A stretch of DNA of 64,000 nt from an uncultured bacterium (GTDB taxonomy: Bacteria; Omnitrophota; Omnitrophia; Omnitrophales; Aquincolibacteriaceae), in the NCBI GenBank assembly GCA_964420575.1, contig CAYQTU010000002.1:18534-82533 (forward strand), written 5' to 3'. The translations under genes and the position numbers were made by a program. The first letter of the stretch is position 1. The number at the start of each line of letters is the position of its first letter. Below are positions 47,366-56,826 of the stretch, in pieces. The notes under the pieces are model-generated. The model was not told where the DNA came from and ran no database searches. It saw nothing but the letters and a program-made list of their open reading frames with translations.

Positions 47366-47461
47366 CCACCCATTCAAATTTATTTGTGAGCGTCGCGATT
47401 CGCGGCTACCCCAGGGGGTTTAAGGCAAATCCCCCCTCACCTTATGAGGAGGGTAAAGAAC

Positions 47462-47779
47462 GTGAATGGAAAAAGTATTGGTCCAAAAATTCAAAAACTG
47501 GCCCTGTTCGGATTGCTCCTGTTGATCCGGGCACAGGTCGCGTACGCGGAAGCGACCTCGGAATCGGATTTAGGATCGTTTCTCGAGGGTGTCGGTGATT
47601 TTCTGATCCGAACGGTCGGTCCCGCCGTGCTCGTGATCGGGGTCGGAGTGGCCGGGGTCGGGATGGCGCTTGGCGATGAGCGCGCCATGCAGCGCGGCGC
47701 GCTTGCCGCGGGCGGCGGCGCTCTCATTTTGCTTTCCCGCGCGATTCTCGATTTCATCACGCACATCGCGCATTTTTAG
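47462..47779 (+). CDS. VirB2/TrbC-like conjugative pilin precursor
   Basis: GTG 47462 8 nt after GAGGAGGG; signal peptide ...LLLLIRAQVAYA|EA, two hydrophobic helices (TVGPAVLVIGVGVAGVGMALG; AAGGGALILLSRAILDFI). Confidence 0.6.
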   Translation: MNGKSIGPKIQKLALFGLLLLIRAQVAYAEATSESDLGSFLEGVGDFLIRTVGPAVLVIGVGVAGVGMALGDERAMQRGALAAGGGALILLSRAILDFITHIAHF

Positions 47780-47790
47780 GAGGTTTTGAA

Positions 47791-48069
47791 GTGAAAACGC
47801 TGAAAGGTTTCACGAAAATTCAAAGCAAGAACAAGATCCTCGGGCTCGAGTTCCTTGATCTTTTGATCCTGCTTCTTGTTTATCTGGTGGTGTTCGTTTT
47901 CTCCGCGAACCTTCTCCTCAACCTCGCGCTCGTGGCGGGAGCCTATTTTATTTTACGGCTCTACAAAAAAGGGAAGGCCCCGCACTGGGCGGGTTCTGTG
48001 ATCCGGTTCTTGCTAAAGCCCCGGAAATACGTTTTATGCCGGGAAAAAGAAGAGGAGCTTCCCCGATGA
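47791..48069 (+). CDS. VirB3/TrbD-like small membrane protein
   Basis: GTG after GGAGG; 92 aa with one or two TM helices; position between pilin and VirB4-like ATPase with 4-nt overlap. Confidence 0.45.
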   Translation: MKTLKGFTKIQSKNKILGLEFLDLLILLLVYLVVFVFSANLLLNLALVAGAYFILRLYKKGKAPHWAGSVIRFLLKPRKYVLCREKEEELPR

Positions 48070-50579
48070 AAACGAGTCTTCTCACTAAAACTCGGGACCT
48101 CATCCAGCGGGAGAATAGTCCCTCGTTTCTGCGTCAGATCGATCTTTATGACATTGAGGACGGAATTCTGCTTGGGGTAAGCGGCAGCATGGCTCGCGGG
48201 TTCTGGTTTGGCGGAAAGGATGTACTGCTTTCAAGCGAGGCCGAGATCGAGGATTTCGAAAGAAAGATGCGAAAGTTCTTAAACGCGCTCCCGGAAGGAG
48301 CAACTCTCCATTTCGTGGTCCGATCCGGGACTGGGGATGAAGACTCACTCAAGCAATACGCCTCTTCGATTCAAAGCGGAGTTTCGCTTGGAAAAACCTT
48401 TCTTGACGCGAAACTCGGCGCGTACCGGAAACATCCTCTTTTGAAAAAGGAAGTTTTTTTGTTTGTGGTGATCCATCCGAAGACGAGAAAACCGCGTTCC
48501 TCGTTTCTTCCGGATCTGTCCGTCGCATTCGGGAAAAAAGCGCACCGCCTCTCCGAACTTGAATACTCCGCATCGAGAGAAACGCTTCACGCGCTTACGA
48601 CCGAGATCGAGGAAAGTTTCCGTACGCTCGGTTTCGATATGCGCGCGCTTTCCGACCCAGAACTCACCAAGTACTTGTATGAGTTCCTGAACCCGTTTTA
48701 TTCGAAGGAATTCGTTCCCTTCGAGAAAGCCAATTTTAAAGCGAGCGACTCTGACCCGGCGAGCCTCAGAAGCCGTCTTTCGCTTCATCCTCCGCGTCTT
48801 GGGTACGAGTATTTCTATCTCGACCACTATTTTTACCGGGCATTGAATCTCGTCCGTTTGCCTGACTCCACGACTCTTAAATCCATGAAAGATTTCGAGC
48901 GCTCGCTCGGTAACGATTATTTCCTTACGGTCACTTTCGAGGTTCCCGATCAGGACCGCGAGAAATCGGAGATCCGGCGGTACGGGAACTTCGCGAGAGC
49001 GAAAACCTTTTACTCCCGAGCGAAGGATCATGACGCGCTCGCGCAAGCCGGGGAAACGGACGAGCTTTTGACGGAGATTGCCCAAAGCGCGGACAAGCTC
49101 TTTTACGTTTCGTTTTCCGTGATGGTGCGTGCCGAGACCTTGGGAGAAAGCGTCCGGTCTTCCAGGCAGGCGCTTCGTGCTTTCCGGGATCTCGGGGACG
49201 CTCAGGGGATCGAGGACCACATGAATCACGACCGTTTATTTCTTTCGTTTTTGCCGCTTCAGGGCGATGAAAACCCGCTCGCGTTCATAGTTCGTTCCGA
49301 AGTCCTAACGCATCTTCTTCCGCTTCAGGCGAGCTGGCGAGGGACGGACCGGATCGGGCTGCTTCTCAAGACTTACCGTAACGAACCGCTCCGCCTCGAT
49401 CTTTTCGATTCGAAGCTTCAGGCGAAACACAGCGTAATGCTCGGCACGACCGGGAGCGGAAAGAGTTTTTTTACGAACCACTTACTCCTTCATTTCCTGA
49501 TTGAGTCTCTGGATCATGAAGTGATCGTGATCGACCTGGGCGGCAGTTACCGGAAACTGGCCGGAGTTCTGGGCGGGTCTTATCTCGAAGTAGAATGCTC
49601 GGAAAAATACGCGTTAAACCCTTTTCCTGCCAAGGCAGTTCTTTTCCCGGACGGAGGAGCGGACGCGACTTTCATTCAGTTCCTGAAGGAACTGCTCAGG
49701 CAGATGATCGCCCCGAGACGGGAATGGTCCTCAAGCGAGAAGATGATCCTTGAACGGGCGATTCTGGAAGTCTACCGGAATATTGGTGCCCAGGATGCCC
49801 CGCTTCTCGGGGACATCGAAAAATGCCTTCGCAATTTCCAGATCGGGGATGAGGAGGACCGCAAGAAAGCGTATCAGTTCGCGAAAGAACTTACGCTTTT
49901 CACGGAAGGCGAGTACGGGAAGATCCTTAACCGATGCGGGGTCTTTGATTTTAATTCGCGGTTCACGGTTTTCGATCTCCGGAAGATTTCGCAATACCCC
50001 GAGCTTCAGGAGATCCTGCTGCTCATTATTCCGTTCGCGCTTCGCCGTAAATTCGAGAACTTGAATCTAAAGAAGATCCTCGTTTTGGACGAATGCTGGC
50101 AGCTTCTGAAAGACAGTCAGGGGACGGATCTTGTCGAGACCTTCTACAGGACCGCCCGGAAAATGAACGCCGCGGTTTGCTCGATCTCTCAAAACCCAGC
50201 GGATTTTCTCGAGGCGTCCATCGCGAGCGTCATGATCAATAACTCTCCGGTTAAATACATCCTTCGGCTCAAGGAAGGCCACGGGAAACTCTCGCTTTTC
50301 GGGCTGAACGAAAACGAGATCAAAGCGGTCGGGGAGCTTGAGGTGAGACCGGGCCGGTACTCGGAAGTGTTTATCAAATTCGACGATCGAAGCGTCATTG
50401 CCCGTCTTGAGCCAAGCGCTCTCGAGTATTGGGCCGCCACGACGGACGCTCTGGATTTGGCAGAGGAAACCCGGCTCCGGAAAGAACATCCGGATTATCC
50501 GCCGATCAAGATCCTCGAAACGCTTTCCCGGGAGTTTCCAAACGGCGTTAAGAAATCAAACGAGGCGGATCATGTCTGA
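48066..50579 (+). CDS. VirB4/TrbE/CagE-like type IV secretion ATPase
   Basis: ATG 48066 after GAGGAG; Walker A MLGTTGSGKSFF, Walker B ILVLDECWQLL, ~840 aa, conserved C-terminal region. Confidence 0.9.
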   Translation: MKTSLLTKTRDLIQRENSPSFLRQIDLYDIEDGILLGVSGSMARGFWFGGKDVLLSSEAEIEDFERKMRKFLNALPEGATLHFVVRSGTGDEDSLKQYASSIQSGVSLGKTFLDAKLGAYRKHPLLKKEVFLFVVIHPKTRKPRSSFLPDLSVAFGKKAHRLSELEYSASRETLHALTTEIEESFRTLGFDMRALSDPELTKYLYEFLNPFYSKEFVPFEKANFKASDSDPASLRSRLSLHPPRLGYEYFYLDHYFYRALNLVRLPDSTTLKSMKDFERSLGNDYFLTVTFEVPDQDREKSEIRRYGNFARAKTFYSRAKDHDALAQAGETDELLTEIAQSADKLFYVSFSVMVRAETLGESVRSSRQALRAFRDLGDAQGIEDHMNHDRLFLSFLPLQGDENPLAFIVRSEVLTHLLPLQASWRGTDRIGLLLKTYRNEPLRLDLFDSKLQAKHSVMLGTTGSGKSFFTNHLLLHFLIESLDHEVIVIDLGGSYRKLAGVLGGSYLEVECSEKYALNPFPAKAVLFPDGGADATFIQFLKELLRQMIAPRREWSSSEKMILERAILEVYRNIGAQDAPLLGDIEKCLRNFQIGDEEDRKKAYQFAKELTLFTEGEYGKILNRCGVFDFNSRFTVFDLRKISQYPELQEILLLIIPFALRRKFENLNLKKILVLDECWQLLKDSQGTDLVETFYRTARKMNAAVCSISQNPADFLEASIASVMINNSPVKYILRLKEGHGKLSLFGLNENEIKAVGELEVRPGRYSEVFIKFDDRSVIARLEPSALEYWAATTDALDLAEETRLRKEHPDYPPIKILETLSREFPNGVKKSNEADHV

Positions 50580-50699
50580 GGCGGTAGCGGAACGGCACAA
50601 ACGATGGATCGGAAGAATTCGCCGGAGACTGTTTCTCCGGTTCTTTTTGGGGGTTCTGATAATTAGCCTTGGATTTTTACTTTTATTTGGGAGGTAATT
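50571..50699 (+). CDS. hypothetical small membrane protein (42 aa)
   Basis: ATG 50571 overlapping VirB4 end; RRRLFLRFFLGVLIISLGFLLLFG. Confidence 0.3.
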
Positions 50700-50700
50700 T

Positions 50701-51468
50701 ATGAGGAAATCATCAAGGATTCTATTTCTGGCGCTCTTTTTACTGAGCGCCGCGATTCCGAGATCTTACGCGCTCATCGTGAACGATCCAATTCACACCG
50801 CGGTCAATCAGCTTCAAAACTCGATCCTTCAAACCGAGTGGGCGAAACAGATTGCGCTCGCGATCGAGCATCTCAACCAGCTCACGAATCAAACTATGGA
50901 GATCTTCCGGTTTCATTCGGGGCTGGATGAGATTTTAAATTCCATCATCGGCGATCCTTTACGGAATCTTCTCGGGCAGGGCACCACGAATTTGCAGAAC
51001 GCTTTCAGAGATCTCGGCCTTACCGGTTCTCAAATCCAGATCGTGCAGGGAGCGACCGGTCCAGAAGACATCCGTTTCGCTTTGGAGGATCTCACCGGGA
51101 AAATCCCGGAAACGGACGCGAAACCCTACCTCGCGTTTGACGAGATGCAGGTGGTGGACGCCTTCGATCTCGCCCGGCAGATCCGGCAGGCGGGAGACAC
51201 GACGCGCACTGCCGCAACCCAGATCGCGGATGAGGCCGTGACCGCAAGCCCGAAAGGGGCTGTGCGCCTCCAGGCGCAGGCCATGTCCCAGCTCATGGTG
51301 CTCAGTCAACAGAACCAGGAAGCCATGGCGAAACTGCTTGAACTTGAAGCCACAAAAATCTCTCAGGTCACGCGCGAAGAAAAACGCGTGGAAACGGAAC
51401 GCCTCAAATTCATGGAAGACGCCGGCGATTACGCGGACGGTATTGCCCGGGCGTTTATAGGAGCGTAA
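50701..51468 (+). CDS. secreted alpha-helical protein, possible VirB5/TrbJ-like
   Basis: Signal peptide MRKSSRILFLALFLLSAAIPRSYA; helical/coiled content; position after VirB4. Confidence 0.35.
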   Translation: MRKSSRILFLALFLLSAAIPRSYALIVNDPIHTAVNQLQNSILQTEWAKQIALAIEHLNQLTNQTMEIFRFHSGLDEILNSIIGDPLRNLLGQGTTNLQNAFRDLGLTGSQIQIVQGATGPEDIRFALEDLTGKIPETDAKPYLAFDEMQVVDAFDLARQIRQAGDTTRTAATQIADEAVTASPKGAVRLQAQAMSQLMVLSQQNQEAMAKLLELEATKISQVTREEKRVETERLKFMEDAGDYADGIARAFIGA

Positions 51469-51475
51469 TTATTTT

Positions 51476-52336
51476 ATGGCTGGTTTCTTTAGCGCAAACG
51501 AAGGGTTCCTCTTCACGAATGTGTTGCAGATCCCGAATCTTTTCGAGCAGCCGTATCAGACCATGTCACGGATCGGGTTTATCCTGCTTTCGATCCTTTT
51601 CATCGTGGCGATCCTTCATGAGAATTTTCAGGCGCTTAAAGGCAAGTCCGATTACACGGGCCTTTTCATCCGGGTCCTCTTAGTCGTCGGGCTTCTCATT
51701 CTTTACGAGCGGTTCTTCATCTGGATCGTGTACGGCTCGGATCTTGTGTCGAACGCGATCATGCCGCATGAAGAATTCCAGGAAGTCATTAAAGCGTTCC
51801 TCAAACAACCGTTGAGCTGGAAAACTGCGTGGAAATTCGATCTAAGACTTACCGCCACGGTCCTAAATTACGTGACCTACGCGATTGCCGGGGCGCTCCT
51901 TGGCGCGATTATGATGCTCCGGTTTCTGCTTTTGTCGTTCCTGTATGTTGTCGGCCCGATCGTGATCTCGGCGGGGATCTATAAAGGGACCGCTCAGGGC
52001 CTAAACGCCTGGCTTAAAAGTCTCGTCTCCATTTCCTCATGGAATATTTTTCTCGCGGTTCTCATGAAAGTCGTCTCCGTCATGAATCTGACCGCGATCT
52101 ATCTCACGGAAGAAAGCAATTTCATGATGATCCTCGCCGCGAACGTGCTTTTTATCGTGCTCTTTGTGCTCGTCCCGCTTCTTTCCAACCAGTTCGTTTC
52201 CGGGGGGAACCTGGGCGGTCTTGGCTCCATCGCGCTGGGCGCGTTTACCGCGGTAGCGACCCGTTACATCATTCCTAAATCGCCTTCATCCTCAAAACCT
52301 CAAACCCCAACCGGGCAAGGAGCCGGTTACAAATGA
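51476..52336 (+). CDS. polytopic membrane protein, possible VirB6/TrbL-like
   Basis: 286 aa with >=5 hydrophobic helices; C-terminal Ser/Pro/Gly tail; T4SS operon position. Confidence 0.45.
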   Translation: MAGFFSANEGFLFTNVLQIPNLFEQPYQTMSRIGFILLSILFIVAILHENFQALKGKSDYTGLFIRVLLVVGLLILYERFFIWIVYGSDLVSNAIMPHEEFQEVIKAFLKQPLSWKTAWKFDLRLTATVLNYVTYAIAGALLGAIMMLRFLLLSFLYVVGPIVISAGIYKGTAQGLNAWLKSLVSISSWNIFLAVLMKVVSVMNLTAIYLTEESNFMMILAANVLFIVLFVLVPLLSNQFVSGGNLGGLGSIALGAFTAVATRYIIPKSPSSSKPQTPTGQGAGYK

Positions 52337-52980
52337 AAACTCGATTCCACGAAAGACTCGAGACCATGAAACGCCGTTATTATGAGGTGTTCGGAGATCT
52401 GGAAGCGCAAGTCGAATTCCTGAAACTCATCAGTCTTTTTTTGCTCGCGCTTCTTTTTTTCACGATCTTTGGCGCTTTTCTGCTCGCGAAACGGCCGCCG
52501 GTGGTGATCCGGGTAAATGAGGTGGGACGAGCCGAAGCGATTCACGATCTTGAGCAGAATAACGCTCCGAGCGATTTCGAGCTTTTCGATTTCTCAAAGA
52601 CTTTCACGAAAAGATTCCGGGAACTCAACTCCTATACGCTTGCAAACGATACCGCCGAGGCCTGGAACCGCATGACGACGCGGTATCGGAAAGTCGCGGA
52701 CCGGGATCTTGTGGACTCCGGATTCTTCGCGAAATTCCATGATACCGGTCTTTACACGCATATCGAGTTCAAGGAAGAATCGATCGACCGGAATACTCCG
52801 GAATACGTGAAAATCGCGCTGATCGGGGTGCGGACCATCCTCAATTACAACGACCGGGATTATAAGGAATCGAGTCTCTTTAAAGCCGAGCTGCTTTTAA
52901 AGAAGGTTCCGAGAAGCAAAGAGACGCCTTGGGGCGTCCTTGTCGAAGACTACCGCGAAATCCTCCTCAATAAACTCTAA
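52333..52980 (+). CDS. VirB8/TrbF-like bitopic protein
   Basis: Cytoplasmic N-term, single TM (LISLFLLALLFFTIFGAFLLA), periplasmic ~150-aa domain; 4-nt overlap with upstream gene. Confidence 0.5.
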   Translation: MKTRFHERLETMKRRYYEVFGDLEAQVEFLKLISLFLLALLFFTIFGAFLLAKRPPVVIRVNEVGRAEAIHDLEQNNAPSDFELFDFSKTFTKRFRELNSYTLANDTAEAWNRMTTRYRKVADRDLVDSGFFAKFHDTGLYTHIEFKEESIDRNTPEYVKIALIGVRTILNYNDRDYKESSLFKAELLLKKVPRSKETPWGVLVEDYREILLNKL

Positions 52981-52997
52981 AAATCTTCGTTTTTTTT

Positions 52998-53063
52998 CTC
53001 AAAACCTACGAAAACCTATTCCGAAACACCCCGTTTTGGCCCAATACTATGAGGGGAGATGTA
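52998..53063 (+). promoter_or_regulatory. conserved ~60-bp promoter-like element, copy 3 of 3
   Basis: TCTCAAAACCTACGAAAACCTATTCCGAAACACCCCGTTTTGGCCCAATACTATGAGGGGAGATG, ~85 bp upstream of the VirB9-like gene. Confidence 0.6.
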
Positions 53064-53144
53064 CCGGTCTCCCGGGGGCCATTCGGGCCCTTCAAGATGA
53101 CTTGGTTTCTCATCCCCTCCATTTACATAAGGAGCGGGGAATCC

Positions 53145-54170
53145 ATGAGAAAACCAAATCAAATCTTTAGTTTTGCGGTGCTTGCCGCATTCGTCCTTGT
53201 TCATGCTTATTCTCTTTCCGCCTCGGAGATCAAAGACCCGCAGTCAAATGATGAGCCCGCAGTTCAGGAAGAAAAACAGGACTCGCTAAAAGATCGCCAG
53301 CATTTCAACAAGCTCAAGCGCAGCACGCAGAATATCTACAAAGTGACCATGCGTTCTACGGTCGCCTTCAAACTTCAAACCGCGCTTGGGTACGTCTCTA
53401 CGATCGATCTTCCGGAAAAAGCCCTCAAGGTGTTCGTGGGAGACCAGGAGCTTTATAAAGTCGAGGTCTATGAAAAACAGGTCCTCATAAAACCCATTAC
53501 GGATGAGTTGGATGCGAAAACGAATCTCGTGATCATTACCGCTTCCACGCGTCTTGCGTTCGATGTTTCGGTCGGCCCTCCGGATACTGCCGATTTTGTG
53601 CTCGATTTCCGGCTTCCTCAGGATGACGAAACGCTCGTCCATAACGCGTTTGAGGAAAAGATCCAGGAAAAGGTTGAGGAACTCCAAACCGAGTTCCGGA
53701 AAAAAGAAGAAAAACTCGGAGAGAAGGCCGAGGTGCTTTCCGAAGAGAAGATCAAGGAGAAGGTGGCAAGCGGTGCCCGCGCGCTTGATCTCAAAAAATC
53801 CAAGGCCGAGTCCGAGGTGCAGCTTAATCTGCTTTCGCTTTCCCAGGTTGGAAACAAGCTCTATCTTCGTTTCTCGGTCCTGAATTATTCAAAAACACCA
53901 TACCGCGTTCTTAAAACCTTCGTGGGAATCCAGACCTACGAGAAGAAATTCCTCGGCAAGAAAGAATCCGGGATCATCGAAATCCCCTCCGAACTCAAAC
54001 TCGCTTCAGTCATTAATCCGGACAGCTATGAGTACGGGGTTCTTGTGTTCGATTACCGCGCGATGGGGAAGGATGAAAAACCCGTGCTCCGGCTCCTGGA
54101 AGATACGCCAGCGGCCGGTTCTTCAAAACCCCGGAATTTCGAAATCAAAGGATTCGAGTGGTTCAAATGA
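53145..54170 (+). CDS. VirB9/TrbG/CagX-like outer-membrane T4SS component
   Basis: ATG 53145 after AAGGAG; signal peptide MRKPNQIFSFAVLAAFVLVHAYS; N-domain pattern VAFKLQTALGYVSTIDLPEKALKVFVGDQELYKVEVYEKQVLIKP...TNLVIITASTRLAFDV. Confidence 0.6.
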   Translation: MRKPNQIFSFAVLAAFVLVHAYSLSASEIKDPQSNDEPAVQEEKQDSLKDRQHFNKLKRSTQNIYKVTMRSTVAFKLQTALGYVSTIDLPEKALKVFVGDQELYKVEVYEKQVLIKPITDELDAKTNLVIITASTRLAFDVSVGPPDTADFVLDFRLPQDDETLVHNAFEEKIQEKVEELQTEFRKKEEKLGEKAEVLSEEKIKEKVASGARALDLKKSKAESEVQLNLLSLSQVGNKLYLRFSVLNYSKTPYRVLKTFVGIQTYEKKFLGKKESGIIEIPSELKLASVINPDSYEYGVLVFDYRAMGKDEKPVLRLLEDTPAAGSSKPRNFEIKGFEWFK

Positions 54171-55147
54171 AGGAAAGGATAGAAATGTTTAAGAAAAAAC
54201 CAGAAAAGAAACCGGACGATTTAACGCCTCCGCCGGAACAGGAATTTTTCGATGAACCGAAGCGCGTGAATAAAGCGGCGGGGTTCGTTCAGGATCTGTT
54301 TGAGAAGAAACGGTTCCGTGTTGCATTCGTAATCGCCGGAGTTTTCATCCTTTCAGTGCTTCTTTTCTATAAACCGTCCCCCAAACATATCGAGAGGCCA
54401 GTTCCTCAGCCGGAAGAGAACCGGATCGTTATCACGAGCCAGTCCATGGAACGCGCGATCGATTCCTCTGCGAAAGGGAAGACCTCGCGTGTTAAGCAAA
54501 TCGAATCCCGCCAAAATCTTTCTCAAAAACGCAAATTCACGAGCGAAATGGCAGTCTTCATCGAAAAGGCCGAAAAACCAAGACCGGAACTCTCTTCTCA
54601 GGGACGTACTGTTGATGTGAAGCTCGGTATCCCTTCCGGGACGAAGATTCCGGCACTTTTGAGCGAGCGGATCTTTTCGTTCAATGTCGCCGCTCCCGTG
54701 ACGGCAGTGCTTACCAAAGATTTCAGCCTCAAAAATCAAGTTTTGATCCCCCAAGGTTCCCGGTTCCTGGGGGAAGTGAACGTCGTGAAATCGGTGGACC
54801 GGGTGAACGTTCGATTTGATCTTTTGATCTTTCCGGATGGACGCGAGCTTCGCATCCGGGCGATCGCTCTTTCCGAGGATGGTTCGGGCGGGATTAAAGG
54901 AAAAGTGGATAAACACACCGACACGAAAGTCCTCAAGGCCATTGGGGAGACCCTGCTTGCCGGCGCTTCTCTTTTTGTCGGCGGGAGAAGCCAGGACGCC
55001 TACAGCCTTGAAGATCAGATGCGTGTCAATCTCGCGGACAATCTCACGAATCAGGCGTCGCAGGACTTACGAAGCGTCAAAGTGGACAAGAGCATTACGG
55101 TCGATTCCGGGATCAACATCCAGGTAATGCTTCTCGAAGCAATTTAA
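54158..55147 (+). CDS. VirB10/TrbI-like T4SS protein
   Basis: Cytoplasmic N-term, TM (FVIAGVFILSVLLFY), Pro-rich linker, C-terminal barrel pattern GTKIPALLSERIFS...VTAVLTKD...LIPQGSRFLGEV...RFDLLIFPDGREL...GSGGIKGKVDKH. Confidence 0.7.
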   Translation: MVQMKERIEMFKKKPEKKPDDLTPPPEQEFFDEPKRVNKAAGFVQDLFEKKRFRVAFVIAGVFILSVLLFYKPSPKHIERPVPQPEENRIVITSQSMERAIDSSAKGKTSRVKQIESRQNLSQKRKFTSEMAVFIEKAEKPRPELSSQGRTVDVKLGIPSGTKIPALLSERIFSFNVAAPVTAVLTKDFSLKNQVLIPQGSRFLGEVNVVKSVDRVNVRFDLLIFPDGRELRIRAIALSEDGSGGIKGKVDKHTDTKVLKAIGETLLAGASLFVGGRSQDAYSLEDQMRVNLADNLTNQASQDLRSVKVDKSITVDSGINIQVMLLEAI

Positions 55148-55171
55148 TCAAACAAGGAGGAGTACAAAACA

Positions 55172-55420
55172 ATGAAGAAAAGATACGAAGGCGGATTCAA
55201 GGAAGTGAAGAAGGTGGCTGTGGTCGAGACGCGGGACGGTGAGGAACTGCATTTTACCAAAGTGGAAGTGGACGGAAAAATCCGGGGGGATATCCGGTAT
55301 TTCACAGCTCGGGAAGGACAATCGATGATGCCGGGAAGACGGGGGATCCTGATTCCTGAAAATCCGAAAACGTTTCAGGAGAACGTTGAAAAACTGATCA
55401 AGAGTCTTTCGGAAAAGTAG
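55172..55420 (+). CDS. hypothetical protein
   Basis: RBS AACAAGGAGGAG; 82 aa. Confidence 0.5.
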   Translation: MKKRYEGGFKEVKKVAVVETRDGEELHFTKVEVDGKIRGDIRYFTAREGQSMMPGRRGILIPENPKTFQENVEKLIKSLSEK

Positions 55421-55473
55421 ACAAGGACCGGTGAAAGATCATGTTCGAATCTAAAAGGGAGGAATCGCTCGTG

Positions 55474-56826
55474 ATGAAAAAGGGTAACGTGTGGGGTGTC
55501 GCCGTAACGCTTTTTGCGGTCGTTTTGTTTTCCGCGAATGCTTTCAACGCCGCAGCGGCGGATGTCGCCCTTTCGCCGGAGCAGTTTGGGTCCCTTTTAA
55601 CTCTCGATGAAGCCGTGGCAAGAGCGCTCAAAAACCACGCGGAAGTGAAACGGGCGGTTGCCCGGCTTCAAAAAGAGGAGTCCCTTTACAAAGGGGCCCT
55701 CGCAGAGTTTTTTCCCAAACTATCCGGCGAGATCACGTCCGCAGTCGCGACGGGCGATAAACATTTCGTGAATTACGTGGATACGGGGATTGAGCAGCCG
55801 ATTTTTCAGGGCGGGAAAGCGGTGGCGCAGAAACAGAAACAAAAGGCGATTGTTCAAAGCGAACAATTACGGTTGGAGCAGGCCAAACTCGATGTCGAAG
55901 CCGGCGTCCGGGTCTTGTACGCCGAGGTGCTTTCGGAAAAGGAACTGACCCGGATCGCGCAAGGCGAGGTCAAGGAACTTTCCACGCAGTATGAGCGGAT
56001 CAAGAAACTCGTCGAGCAGGAGGTTCTTCCTCGCTACGAATTTTTCAGGATGGAGACGCTTTTCCAGGGCGCGAAACAAGCGCTCGTCAAACACAAGGAA
56101 ACCTGCGATTACCTGTTTACGGTTCTTAAGGAAACGATCGGGATCGGGGAAGGAGAATCCCTGGATCTGGAACCTCTCGGGGATTTCCAGGAACTTGACG
56201 AGAACGCGCTTTCCTATCTTACAAGCGCCCGCAAAAGCGATCCGGTCTATAAACTCCGGGACCTCAAGATCCGCGAAAAAGAGTATGAGAAAAAGGAGCT
56301 TTCCGCCGACCGGTATCCGCACTTAAGCCTTACCGCGAAATGGAACGAGGCGAGCGATGTTTTCGTGGACACAAACCGCGTGATGGTTGGTTTTGTCGGG
56401 AAATGGAACATCTGGGATTTCGGCAGGCTCGGTTCGAAGATCAACGCGAAATCTCATGAGATCGAGGAAATGAAATGGGAAGGCGAACTTCAGGTGAAAA
56501 AACACGAACGCGGGATTCGCGAGGCGTTTCACGAGGCCCGCGCCGTCCGCGAAAAGATCAGGTTAACGGAAGCGCTCATCCGCGAACGCGAGGAACTCTA
56601 TAAAAACGAAAAGACAAGATTGATCGCCGGGGAAAAAGGCTCCGGAGAATTGATCGATTCCTTTATGGCGCTCGAGGAAGCGAAGATCAAAAACGTGCAG
56701 GCGGTGGCCGAATACCGCGTTCTTCTCGTGAAACTTGAGAAAAAAGCGAATTTCGAAACGGAATCGCAAGGTTCCGAGACCGAAATGCCGGTTCCGCCCT
56801 TCGACTCCGGGGAGGTGGAGGAATGA
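55474..56826 (+). CDS. TolC-family outer membrane efflux protein
   Basis: ATG 55474 after GGGAGG; signal peptide MKKGNVWGVAVTLFAVVLFSANAFNAAAA; two OEP-like repeats with coiled-coil character. Confidence 0.7.
   Translation: MKKGNVWGVAVTLFAVVLFSANAFNAAAADVALSPEQFGSLLTLDEAVARALKNHAEVKRAVARLQKEESLYKGALAEFFPKLSGEITSAVATGDKHFVNYVDTGIEQPIFQGGKAVAQKQKQKAIVQSEQLRLEQAKLDVEAGVRVLYAEVLSEKELTRIAQGEVKELSTQYERIKKLVEQEVLPRYEFFRMETLFQGAKQALVKHKETCDYLFTVLKETIGIGEGESLDLEPLGDFQELDENALSYLTSARKSDPVYKLRDLKIREKEYEKKELSADRYPHLSLTAKWNEASDVFVDTNRVMVGFVGKWNIWDFGRLGSKINAKSHEIEEMKWEGELQVKKHERGIREAFHEARAVREKIRLTEALIREREELYKNEKTRLIAGEKGSGELIDSFMALEEAKIKNVQAVAEYRVLLVKLEKKANFETESQGSETEMPVPPFDSGEVEE

Noticed and set aside
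48345-49229. Minus-strand 294-aa ORF inside the VirB4-like gene
   Set aside because: Antisense to a gene with clear Walker motifs; Arg-rich antisense-type composition.
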